From Candidatus Poribacteria bacterium (lineage in GTDB: Bacteria > Poribacteria > WGA-4E > WGA-3G): a stretch of DNA of 64,000 bases. A program made the translations under genes and the position numbers. The stretch is taken from positions 5,120,001-5,184,000 of the forward strand of contig OZ242029.1 of assembly GCA_965205015.1 (NCBI GenBank). Direction: 5' to 3'. Shown here in pieces: positions 11,278 to 21,100 of this stretch (positions are counted from its first letter, which is position 1; every line of letters starts with the position of its first letter). The notes under the pieces were generated by a model, which made no database searches, was not told the origin of the DNA, and saw only the letters and a program-made list of their open reading frames with translations.

Positions 11278-11976
11278 ATGAAAATTATGTCGGTATTGGT
11301 AGGATTTGTGTTGATGATAGCCTATTGTCTTATCAGCACAAGCGACATGGCACAGGCGGAGGAAGTCTTGGGAACAGGAACGGATTCGCTGCTGGGAGGC
11401 GACCTAACCGATCCAGAAGACGATGGTGAACCTGAATCAGATGACGGTTACAACGCCATTTTCTCAGCCAACGATGAACCCGGATTCGGGGGCGGTGAAT
11501 TTGCGTTTAACGTCTTCGATAACCGCCTTGGTCCCAGCAATGACAAATGGTGCTGCGGACGTGGGGGCGGCATTCCGAGTGAGGGTCTACACGTGACAGC
11601 TGAGTTTGAGGAGGCGTACGCATTAACACACTTCACTGTATCTTCAGCGAACGATGTTCCGGCGAGGGACCCTACAGTGTGGGAGGTTCAGGGCTCGAAC
11701 GACGGCGATGATTTTACGACCATCTATGCTCACGACGGGGATAGCTTTTGGAATCAGCGACTGCAAGTCGTCCTTTTCGAGGCAGGGGAAGATTTCGAGG
11801 TTCAAACCACTGGGTATCGCTTTTTTCGGCATGTTACTTTTGACACCGCATCGAACCCGGCTGGTGCGTACTTTCAAATTGGCGAAATTGAGTACTTCGG
11901 CGATGCGAATCTCACTGCCGTAGACCCTAAAGCCAAGCTCACAACCACATGGGGACACATCAAAAACGCCCGATAA
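11278..11976 (+). CDS. Secreted discoidin/F5-8-like carbohydrate-binding-fold protein with C-terminal AVDPKAKLTTTWGHIK motif
   Basis: AGGAG RBS, signal peptide, SANDVPARDP.WEVQGSND and YRFFR..QIGEIE motifs. Confidence 0.7.
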   Translation: MKIMSVLVGFVLMIAYCLISTSDMAQAEEVLGTGTDSLLGGDLTDPEDDGEPESDDGYNAIFSANDEPGFGGGEFAFNVFDNRLGPSNDKWCCGRGGGIPSEGLHVTAEFEEAYALTHFTVSSANDVPARDPTVWEVQGSNDGDDFTTIYAHDGDSFWNQRLQVVLFEAGEDFEVQTTGYRFFRHVTFDTASNPAGAYFQIGEIEYFGDANLTAVDPKAKLTTTWGHIKNAR

Positions 11977-12191
11977 GTGCAAATATCAGACATTTTCTAA
12001 ATCGGAAACCTGAATCCAGTAATAACTTGGTTTGGGTTTCCGTTTTTCATATCTGTTGCTCACCCGCATGCCCGCATCTCACCTAAAAATTCCGAGCCCG
12101 CTTTATATTATTTGAAGGCATATTGATTACAATTTTTGAGGTTGACACCCGAGCCCAAATATGCTTTACTATTTCTAAAAGGAGACACCCG

Positions 12192-12578
12192 ATGAAAGTG
12201 CTTATTTTCTTTTCAATATCTTTTTCTCTGTTCGCGTTGCCGGCACTCGCCGAGTTGACGGATGCAGACCTCGACAAAATCCGCTTGATTGTCAATGAGT
12301 CCGAGAAGCGGATTAAACAAGACGTCAAAGCAGAGATTGACAGCACCGAGAAAAACATAAAGGAGTATATTGACCTCAAAATAGACAGCGTCGAAAAACG
12401 GTTGTCAACCTACAACTGGGTGCTTTATGTTTTCATGCCACTGATTGTCGCTGCTATTGGTGTACCTACCGCCATCATGGCATGGCGGAGCGTAAAAGAT
12501 CGCTCTCTCGAAAGGCAGGTGGAAGCACTTACACGAGAAGTCGAAACGCTGAAGCAACGGCAGATTGTCAGTTCCTGA
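12192..12578 (+). CDS. Small secreted/membrane coiled-coil protein (ELTDADLDKIRLIV family)
   Basis: AAGGAG RBS, signal peptide, coiled coil, TM helix; paralog at 41749. Confidence 0.75.
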   Translation: MKVLIFFSISFSLFALPALAELTDADLDKIRLIVNESEKRIKQDVKAEIDSTEKNIKEYIDLKIDSVEKRLSTYNWVLYVFMPLIVAAIGVPTAIMAWRSVKDRSLERQVEALTREVETLKQRQIVSS

Positions 12579-12685
12579 CCCTTCCACGTTTGCGTCTGGA
12601 TCGTAGAAAATGTGGTATAATTTCTTTAAGGTTACAGTTTTTTTATCTTAATAGGAAACTGTTAGTCTGTACCTCCGTTGTTTGT

Positions 12686-12730
12686 TGTCTGAATCGCGGA
12701 TTTTCGCGGATGATGCGGATTACGCGGATG
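12686..12730 (+). repeat. CGCGGAT-type short tandem repeat block
   Basis: (TGTCTGAAT)CGCGGATTTTCGCGGATGAxxCGGAT..; further blocks at ~13273-13320, ~13482-13527 and ~14292-14332. Confidence 0.75.
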
Positions 12731-12845
12731 GTTGGGTTTGTTCTATTACGCGCGAAGGCGTTAGAAGTTGCGTGTTTAACGCTTGATCGGTGATTATATA
12801 AGGCGCGATTGATGCAGATAGGGACATCGAGAAAGGAAAATACAA

Positions 12846-13253
12846 ATGAATACGAACCTGAAACATAAAGATATAACGCAAAAGATCATCGGGTCAGCAT
12901 TTGAAGTACATAAGTTTTTGGGGAACGGTTTTCAAGAGGTGATTTATCAACGGGCATTGGCGGTTGAGATGCGGAAAGCGGGGTTGGAGTTTGATAGAGA
13001 AATTGAGCAGGATATTTACTACAAGGATTTTCCAAAGCCCATTGGAAGACGTAGAGCCGATTTTGTGGTAGCGCGGAACGTGTTGGTAGAACTGAAAGCC
13101 ATCGCTGTCTTGGAAAATGTCCATGAAGTACAGGTATTAAATTATTTGAAGGCGTATCGCTTAGAAGTCGCCTTATTAATCAATTTCGGTGAAGAGAGTT
13201 TAAGATATAAGAGACTGATTCTATCACAACGCACTGCTGCTATTCGTCATTGA
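12846..13253 (+). CDS. GxxExxY protein (PD-(D/E)xK nuclease-like)
   Basis: LGNGFQEVIYQ, RADFVV, VELKA, QVLNYL, LLINFG. Confidence 0.92.
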   Translation: MNTNLKHKDITQKIIGSAFEVHKFLGNGFQEVIYQRALAVEMRKAGLEFDREIEQDIYYKDFPKPIGRRRADFVVARNVLVELKAIAVLENVHEVQVLNYLKAYRLEVALLINFGEESLRYKRLILSQRTAAIRH

Positions 13254-13762
13254 AAGTGCGTTCATGGGCATTTGTCTGAATCGCGGATTATCGCGGATGA
13301 GACGGATTTCACGGATTTTTTGGGACCGTCAGCGTTTGTCCTCCGAATCAGGATTTTCAGGATAAAAGAACACACCCTCCAAACCCTTCAGCCCCAGCGG
13401 AGGGTTTTTGCTTGGATGTTTTTTCAATAGGTGTATAGCAGCAGCGTATCCAAATCGGGCGGATAGGGATCAGAATTTTTCGTCTGAATCGCGGATTTTC
13501 GCGGATGAGACGGATTTCGCGGATTTGTAGCATAAACTGTTAGTTTGTGCGTATTATGGGACGTTCTGAGGGGGAATGCACAGCCTGACAGGCTATGCTA
13601 CGATGGCGTGGTGTGCTTCCTCTGCTGGCAGGGGATATAGGGGGAGGTCTCCAATATCTAACTTCCTAAATCCTCCTTATCAGGGGAACTTCAAGAGAAA
13701 GTGCATAAGTCCTAACGAGGTTCGGAGTATGCAGAGGATAGCGAAGTTGACGGGATTGGCAG

Positions 13763-14105
13763 CGATGTCGGTATCATTAGGGACCCTGAGCAGGATTTCC
13801 TCTCCAATATCGTTCAGGCGTTGAACGATGCCCATCAGACGGATTTCACATCCGAAGATAAGGTTGACATTGCGACCATTCACCAAAAAGTGCACAAAAA
13901 CGCGGAGCTTCGGCAGGTGATTGAAGGGGACAATTCGGAGAGCAACAAACGGTATAAGTTTGATGAGGTGTTTGATGCGATTTTACTGGATTTCGTCAAT
14001 AGTAAGTTGGATCTGTATAAGAAATTATCACAACCCGAGATCAAGGCAGATCTCAAGCAACGTCTTTATTGCGCTTATCGTGAGCAACCCTTGTTAATTC
14101 AGTAG
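13763..14105 (+). pseudogene. Type I restriction enzyme R subunit (HsdR) C-terminal fragment
   Basis: DPEQDFLSNIVQALNDAHQTDFTSEDKV...FVNSKLDLYKKL resembles the HsdR C-terminus; no helicase part; near-duplicate at 37348-37487; left boundary approximate. Confidence 0.6.
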
Positions 14106-14141
14106 ATCCCCCTCTCCCCCTTCAGTCGGAGTGAAGCGGAT

Positions 14142-14190
14142 AAAAAGCAGAACCTACATCCACCGCCGGGGGCGGGTTCAGTCCTGCACC
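14142..14190 (-). ncRNA. Candidate ~50-nt small RNA
   Basis: Minus-strand TTGACG-N18-TATAAT (14225-14196); transcript GGUGCAGGACU...CCGCC-CCC-GGCGG...GGUUCUGC-UUUUU folds with G-U pairs on the minus strand only. Confidence 0.45.
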
Positions 14191-14444
14191 GTAATATTAT
14201 AACATTGTAATCCAAGATACGTCAAATCCTTTTTCAAATGTCGCAATTGGAAGGGTGCTGTTCGATGTGTAAGATATATGTTGATTGTCAAAATCGCGGA
14301 TTTACGCGGATTAGACGGATTTCGCGGATTTTTTTGATTTTTAGCGTTTGCTGAACGAAATGTGTGTAGTGTTTTAACAGCGTTGTGTCTAATTGTTTGT
14401 TTCCATTTGGATGGGATATCTCACTGATTCACAAGGAGAAAAAC

Positions 14445-15476
14445 ATGGGCTATAGCGATGGCAGAAAACAGGTGCGGCGTATCTTGAGCATAATAGACCG
14501 TCTCCAGAAGGCAAGAAGTAGAGGTATCAGAGTCCGCGATCTGGTAGATTTCTATGACGTTGACATCACCCGTATCTATGACGACCTGAAGATTATCAAG
14601 GAGTTCTACGATCTGAAAAAGGATGGAGGGGATTATTGGATTGAGTCAGAACGTTTGCTGCGCTGGCCCAGGATCATAGCCGAAGAGAGTCGCGTCCTGG
14701 AGTTAGTGATTACTGCTTCACCGCTTGCAAAAGAGCCGCGTTTTGAGAAAGTGCTCAAACGCGTTCTGGAAAAACTGGATACCTCGCTTGCGGAGCACAT
14801 CCAATCGAAATTGGAGCAAAATACACCGGTTCAACTCCACAAAGTTGATACAGATGACGAAATGGAGGAACATCTCTATCTTTCAGAGGAAGCCCCACCG
14901 TATAGTGCCAATCGTAATGATGTTGAGCAGCACTTTCGCGTTCTGGAAGAGGCACTTTACGAGCAAAAGACGGTGCGTGCGAGTTATCAATCCGGTGGAA
15001 AACCGAGGCCTATTGTCCATCTACTCCATCCGTATGCTATCTTCTTTCGGAAGGAGGATTGGTATCTTGAAGCACGCTCTAACCGATCAGATAGCCCGTC
15101 ACTCACTTTCAAAATTGTCCGTTTCCGCCGCGTTACGTTGAGTGATGAGCCGTTTGAACCGTCTGAGGATTTTTCACTCTCCGAGAATTTAGCATCTCGA
15201 TGGGAACTCTTCAGCGGTGAACCGATCACCATGAAACTCAAAATCGCCGCACACAAAGCGTATCTGGTTGAGGAAAAGCAACGCCATCCCTCGCAGGAGA
15301 TTGTAGAGCGATGTCCGGACGGTGCTGTGATTGTCCGTTATGAAGTCCCCAAAGAGGAATTTACATTTTGGGTATTGAGTCTTGGCGATGCGGTGGAGGT
15401 CTTGGAACCGTCAGAATTCCGGGCAGAATTTCAAAAAATAGTGCACCGGATGCACGGGATCTATTCCGGAAATTAG
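14445..15476 (+). CDS. WYL-domain transcriptional regulator (wHTH-WYL-WCX)
   Basis: N-terminal HTH (RIYDDL), HPYAIF..DWYLEA..FKIVRF WYL domain, WVLSLGDAVEVLEP WCX domain; AAGGAG RBS. Confidence 0.93.
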   Translation: MGYSDGRKQVRRILSIIDRLQKARSRGIRVRDLVDFYDVDITRIYDDLKIIKEFYDLKKDGGDYWIESERLLRWPRIIAEESRVLELVITASPLAKEPRFEKVLKRVLEKLDTSLAEHIQSKLEQNTPVQLHKVDTDDEMEEHLYLSEEAPPYSANRNDVEQHFRVLEEALYEQKTVRASYQSGGKPRPIVHLLHPYAIFFRKEDWYLEARSNRSDSPSLTFKIVRFRRVTLSDEPFEPSEDFSLSENLASRWELFSGEPITMKLKIAAHKAYLVEEKQRHPSQEIVERCPDGAVIVRYEVPKEEFTFWVLSLGDAVEVLEPSEFRAEFQKIVHRMHGIYSGN

Positions 15477-15501
15477 GGCAGCACACAGCGGTCCTGCCCT
15501 A
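15474..15501. terminator. Hairpin between wyl and the tandem RNA units (possible bidirectional terminator)
   Basis: TAGGGCAG...CTGCCCTA inverted repeat overlapping the wyl stop; no strong U-tract. Confidence 0.4.
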
Positions 15502-15513
15502 TTGGGTAAACTA

Positions 15514-15857
15514 CAGAAAACCATCTTGGTGAGAGATGGGCAGTCTATCCTGCTAACCGGATAGCAGGCAGCTCGGCATACGCAACAGTTTTCGGCTGCG
15601 ATTTTACTTCTGATTCTCTACTTATGTTTTTAGCCAGTTAGTTATTCAACAGAAAACCACCCCCGTGAGAGGGTGGACAACCTATTCCCCCAGCCGGCCA
15701 GGAGACAGCTCAACCTACGTAATAGTCTTCGGTTGTAATTTTACTTCTGATATTGAGCAGAAAACCACCCCCGTGAGAAGATGGGCAACCTATCCTACCG
15801 ACCGGTCGGCAGGCAGCTCGGCATACGCAACAGTCTTCGGCTGCGACTTTACTTCTG
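15514..15857 (-). ncRNA. Tandem array of three ~100-nt structured RNA units (15514-15612, 15650-15749, 15758-15857)
   Basis: Conserved ends CAGAAGUAAA..UUUUCUG; covarying stems with invariant CCGG and UCAC loops; G-U wobbles on the minus strand; promoter immediately upstream. Confidence 0.7.
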
Positions 15858-15865
15858 CAATAGTT

Positions 15866-15894
15866 AATCTATACTATTTCGCTTGCAAATTCAA
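15866..15894 (-). promoter_or_regulatory. sigma70-like promoter for the tandem RNA array
   Basis: Minus strand TTGAAT-N17-TAGATT; predicted +1 falls at ~15858, the first base of the first unit. Confidence 0.55.
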
Positions 15895-15991
15895 GAAATT
15901 TGGCGAAATGTTATTTTTTTCAAAAAAAGACTGAATTTTCTGCATTTTTAAGTCGAATTTTTTGTAATTTGCGTAAAACGCCAATTCTATA

Positions 15992-16000
15992 TGATATAAT
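15992..16000 (+). promoter_or_regulatory. Extended -10 promoter of the cas operon
   Basis: TG-A-TATAAT ~40 nt upstream of the cas3 ATG, with AGGAG RBS. Confidence 0.55.
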
Positions 16001-16039
16001 TAATACAACGATAAAATTCCATGTTTTCAGGAGAACAGA

Positions 16040-18109
16040 ATGAACCCTATTAAAGTTTTGCCAGTTTATTCTCGACTTTCTCAATCTGATCCAATTACAG
16101 GTGTGCCCTCGGAACTCTCTTTACGAGAGCATCAAGTTAAAACATTTGATGCAATTCGTGATCCTGATGTTGATGTTGTCTTCAACACAGCGATGACCGG
16201 TGACGGAAAAAGTCTTGCCGCGTATCTACCGTCGCTGCTTAGCAATCATCGTGTTTTGGCAATGTACCCAACAAATGAATTAATCCTTGATCAACGCAAA
16301 CAGATGAAGTCCTATTGTGAGATGTTCAATCGCGATATAACACCGGAGTGTATGTTCAGTGAACATTTATATGAGTTACGATCGGAATTGGAGTTGGGTA
16401 GTCAAGCAAGAGCGATAGAGTTTTTAGCGGCGGGACATGAGATTTTACTCACGAATCCAGATATTTTCAACCTTATTGCCAACTTCAAGTATATGAGTGG
16501 GCACCAGAATCCTGATCGACTATTGCAGACCATCTTGAATTGTTACGACGTATTCCTGTTTGACGAGTTTCATATCTACGACGTTTCACAGGTGGTATCT
16601 GTATTGACCGCGATGCTCTACATCATTGAGCAGACTCGGGACACACGCCAGCGAAAGAAATTTGTTTTTCTCTCGGCTACACCAAACCCTCTGTTGTTAG
16701 AATGTTTGGAGCAATCTGGCCTTCGGTACAACATCATTGAAGGGGACTATTACTTTGAAAATGCCAATGAACAGGATTGGAATCAGATTTGCCAACCTTT
16801 TACACTTCACTTCCATGGTGTTGGTCGGCAAACTGAGGCATGGATTCAAAACCATTATCAGGAGATGGTAAATTGGTTTCGCGACAACCCAGATTCACGT
16901 GGGGCTATTATTGTCAATTCAGTGGCAACAGCAAAGCGTATCATAGAGTTTTTTAAAGAGCGTAAGGAAACCGATGATTTTCCGTTGAGTTTCGGTGAAA
17001 TTACTGGGATCGCTGGCAAGCCAGAAAGAGAATCCGCCCGTAAGGCAAAATTGATTGTGGGAACGTCAACGGTTGATGTTGGTATTGACTTTGAAATTAA
17101 CTACCTTATTTTTGAGGCATTGGATTCTGGTTCATGGATTCAACGCCTTGGACGACTTGGAAGGCACAAAGGATACAAACAAGATGATGGAAAGGAAGTT
17201 GCCTTTACCAACTTTGTGGCGCATTCCTTGCTTCCAAAGTATGTAGCCGAGCGGACAGAAGCATCTGATATTCCTGAGGTGATCAATAAAGCTTCATTGA
17301 TAGAGTCTGTGCAAAACGAGACGAAAGGTAAACGCATCTTCTCACCAACCAACGATTTTCGGAACTATCAACGCTCATGGGGTTGGCTACATCCTGCCCA
17401 TGTCATTAATACATTGGGCCACCCTCGGTTGCGTGATAACTATGCACCGCTCCGTGAGGAGCTGACAGAAACCTATAGTAAGGTCTTTAAGATGGACATC
17501 CGTGAGCGAGTAAAGTGGTATTATAAAATCACGCAAGATCGACCTGAAATTATTGAAAATGTTGTGACTCAGTTTCGTGGTGAAACGCCTTTCACGTGTG
17601 GTATCCTTGACGAAGACGATGGAGAAATTAAAACTTATGATTTGCTGTGGGTTCTCAGGAACGCTGATACCGAATGGATAAGCAAGCGCGATTTCATGGA
17701 AACCATTGAAATCAGAGGCATTCAACCACATAGGTATAAGTATGTTGATGTCTATCTACGGTTGCTAAAATATCGTCCTGAACCTGAGCACCTGGGACTT
17801 CGTTACGATAAGACAGTTTTGAGCGGATTTGATGAAGATGCGTATTGCACAGTAAAGGTGCGTCGAGGTTTTCAGATTGATGGCAATTTCCAAGACATTA
17901 ACAGAATTAACCGTTCACTCAAGCACAAGCGACTCTTATGTCTCATCCGCAAGGAGCCGGTAGGTGAACTGAGAGCGCGTTTGAGACTACCGCCACTTTT
18001 TGGTATCTTTCCTTTAGTTGACTCCGAAAGGAACCCACTGAGCGTTATTTTTTCTAAAGACGCGCTCTCGTTACAATCGCTACCCTATATTTGGGCAAAG
18101 GAGGCGTAA
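16040..18109 (+). CDS. cas3: Type I-D CRISPR-associated helicase Cas3' (no HD domain)
   Basis: AMTGDGKS, YPTNEL, DEFH, LSAT, TSTVDVGIDF, QRLGRLGRH. Confidence 0.95.
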   Translation: MNPIKVLPVYSRLSQSDPITGVPSELSLREHQVKTFDAIRDPDVDVVFNTAMTGDGKSLAAYLPSLLSNHRVLAMYPTNELILDQRKQMKSYCEMFNRDITPECMFSEHLYELRSELELGSQARAIEFLAAGHEILLTNPDIFNLIANFKYMSGHQNPDRLLQTILNCYDVFLFDEFHIYDVSQVVSVLTAMLYIIEQTRDTRQRKKFVFLSATPNPLLLECLEQSGLRYNIIEGDYYFENANEQDWNQICQPFTLHFHGVGRQTEAWIQNHYQEMVNWFRDNPDSRGAIIVNSVATAKRIIEFFKERKETDDFPLSFGEITGIAGKPERESARKAKLIVGTSTVDVGIDFEINYLIFEALDSGSWIQRLGRLGRHKGYKQDDGKEVAFTNFVAHSLLPKYVAERTEASDIPEVINKASLIESVQNETKGKRIFSPTNDFRNYQRSWGWLHPAHVINTLGHPRLRDNYAPLREELTETYSKVFKMDIRERVKWYYKITQDRPEIIENVVTQFRGETPFTCGILDEDDGEIKTYDLLWVLRNADTEWISKRDFMETIEIRGIQPHRYKYVDVYLRLLKYRPEPEHLGLRYDKTVLSGFDEDAYCTVKVRRGFQIDGNFQDINRINRSLKHKRLLCLIRKEPVGELRARLRLPPLFGIFPLVDSERNPLSVIFSKDALSLQSLPYIWAKEA

Positions 18110-18111
18110 CA

Positions 18112-21100
18112 ATGGCTAAACAACTTGAAATGTTTGGTCAATTAGACAACAGCGAAGATAAGCACGAAGTAACCTCTATTCCCACGCAACTCGACCAATT
18201 GATTGATTTAACGGACGACGAGGCTGAGCTTGAAGAGGTATCCGCGTATGTCGCACTGCTGAAAGGGATAATTCCCGCTAATGATCAGGTTTTGCGGGAT
18301 TACATTGAAATTGTAGGACCACGGATGCAAAAAGAATATACGCTGCGTTCTGCAAAAGGGGGTTCTGTTGAGAAGTACGCACACAATGACGATCAAAGTA
18401 TGCTGACGCACGTCTTAAACGGGGTTTTCCCAACGTTGCAAATTGTTAGAGAAGCTCGGAAACTTTTGAGCGATATTGAGAAACAACTCTATCTTATTGC
18501 TTATACACTTCATGACTTGGATAAGTTGGTAGATATTCGAGAGTTGAGTGTCGCTGATGCTGAGAAGAAAAGAGAGTTCTACAACTATCTTGATGAATGG
18601 GTGGAACGCTTACACTTTGATAGGTTCTGCTCGGAATACGATGAGTACCGCGAGGATATCGGCTATTTAATCCTGAATACACAAGTGAAATATGGGGCGG
18701 ATCTCAATCCGCGAAATTTTGATCGACAACTTCCGCCCGCCCGTCACGAATTGCTAAAAAATATGTGCCGGTGTTCGGATCTCATCGCCTATTTCATGAA
18801 AAATCCGGCGAGTTTTTTGGAAAGACAGGAAATTCGCGACTCCCTCACTCTCTTAAGTAGAGGAAAACTTGTATTTGCATATCACAAGGTTTCTGAGAAC
18901 CGAGGGATGTTGACCAATGTTATTAACAATGCCATACTTGCGGAGATGCGAGACAACTTCGAGTGGAAACCGTTCCTGTTTTTTCCTACTGGTGTGACGT
19001 ACCTCCGAAATCGAGAGTCGGCAGACACAGTGCTTCCAACTGGCGATAAGATTGCTGCGGTTGTTGTGGAGAAGCTTAAGACGTACTGTGTCTCGAGGCT
19101 TCGGCAGAATCTTAACGGTTTTACGCGCGGCGGGAAAGGTTTCAAATATGCAGATTATTATGATGCCTTTTTCCAACCTCACGAAATGTTGGAATTAATC
19201 CAAAAAGGTTGTTTTAAGATTCTCCGGCACGATAAAGCACCTTCAGCAGGGAAGCGGCTGATAAAGCTCCAGCAACTTCAAGCGGAAGGTAAAATTCCCG
19301 AGGGTATTTCACTTAACTTTGAGGACGATCTCCGCGTCGATCAATTAGCAGAATATCTTGTTGAGGTTGAAAAACTGATTGGCAAATTCGCGTCGCGGGA
19401 AACTGTGGCAAGCGAAGTGCTTTCTTATATCGGAATGAGTGAATGGCAAGAGGCTTTTATGTCAATTCCGAGCCAAGGTGGTGTTCCGTTACCGTGGTAT
19501 TTTATTGCGGGTAAGTACCTCTCACAAAATCGCGGAAAAGATGAAAATGACCTGCGGGATCTGTTTGAGGATATAGCGAGGCATGTCACTGAGATGTTTA
19601 CAGAAACCGGGCAAAACCGGCAGCAATCTGATATTTTTGTCACTCTACAAGATTATGTTAGGCAGACAGTTGACATTGATGGGCATCAGGACATTCGTCA
19701 AGATTTTCAGACTGAACTGGATCGGTATACCAATACAAAAAGGATTGGCCGTGGTTCAGACAAAGGATGCTCTCTTTGCTCTTCAGCTTTCCAAACACAG
19801 GAATCTAGCGAAACAGATGTGATCTTCGCACCGCAGGTCTATAGTCACAAGAATCCGATTAATTCTGGTCGAGTTAAGCGTGGTATTTGCCGCCTATGTC
19901 AATTGGAAATGATGCTCCGTCAAATCTTGATTCGATCCCGATGGAATCTTGTTGGCGGAGGTTATGAAAGCGTCAAAATTAAGTGGATCTATCTCTACCC
20001 GAGTTACTTCTTTACACCGGAAACAGCAGCAGTTATCGGTAAAGCCTATCAGAATCTGAAATCCTTGAATTTCTTTGATATTCGGAGAAAGCTGCACAAA
20101 GGTGGGAGCGCAACGAATCTTATAGAATTGGATGAATTCGTTATTGACACCGAAATTCCTGATAGAGAAAAAGAAAATCTGCTCAAGATGGATTTTGGCA
20201 CAAATGACTTAGCAACGTTCTATTTCTGTGGTATTCCAACGCTGGGCACAAGACCCACCGATACAGAGTCTTGGGCAATACCAACGTTCCTTGGTGTGCT
20301 CTCAACGCTTGCTTTCAATGCGAAAGTCGTTGTGACGGAGTCACAAGTACCACTTTATCATAGTGCAGAGGAATTCAAGGAAACCGTGATTCTCAATGCC
20401 CCACATCCTTTTGTCACACACATTTTACAGAAGGAGAGTCTCCGTATTGATGAAGTAGAGGAGAGTTTGGAAAAACTCGCCGCTGTCTACGACATCAACA
20501 TTGATGCTTTTCGCGACGGTGCTAAACCGCAGTGGCAGCATCTCAATAGTGTCGCAGGAAATATAGAGAGTGATCCACTGTATGTATTTCATTATCTTGA
20601 TATTCTTCGCCGTAAGAATAAGTGGGATAGTTTTCCGAAACCTAAAGATGGGGATATATTTATTCCCCAACGGTATTTGCAATTCTATGAAACCCTTGGA
20701 GGTGACAAAATGAGTCTAATTGCAGGCGTTGCAGAACGGTGCTTCAATTTCTATGGTCCTGCTGATCGTCGTATCCCGTACAGTGTGTTGAGGGTGATTT
20801 CCTTGATAGAGGATACCATTATCAACAGCGAATCGACGATTAAACAGGTCGATCTCAAATGGCAGGCTCGCGGTGTGGTTCACGACCTGATGCGACGGAT
20901 CAGGAATCGCAGTGCCCAAGGTTATTACCGCTTATCCGAGGAACAAGAGGAACTTGAAGCTATTGAGGCATTAGTGGACTACTTCTATGAGGAAGTCTTT
21001 AAGGACTACTGTGGAGAGCAACGGGCGATCTTACGCTCTCGGCGAAACAATTTGAACTCTGGTATCAACGCTTGGTATCAAGCAAACTGGCAACAATTCA

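Noticed and set aside
15514-15857. Units as tRNAs, a mini-CRISPR array or a known ribozyme/riboswitch
   Set aside because: No T-loop or CCA end, no similarity to the 37-bp repeat, and no hammerhead (CUGANGA/GAAA) or twister core recognisable by eye; an Rfam scan is still needed.
15665-15934. 89-aa + strand ORF over the tandem units
   Set aside because: GTG start without a clear RBS; the frame is not kept across all three units; substitutions fit minus-strand RNA pairing rather than codon conservation.
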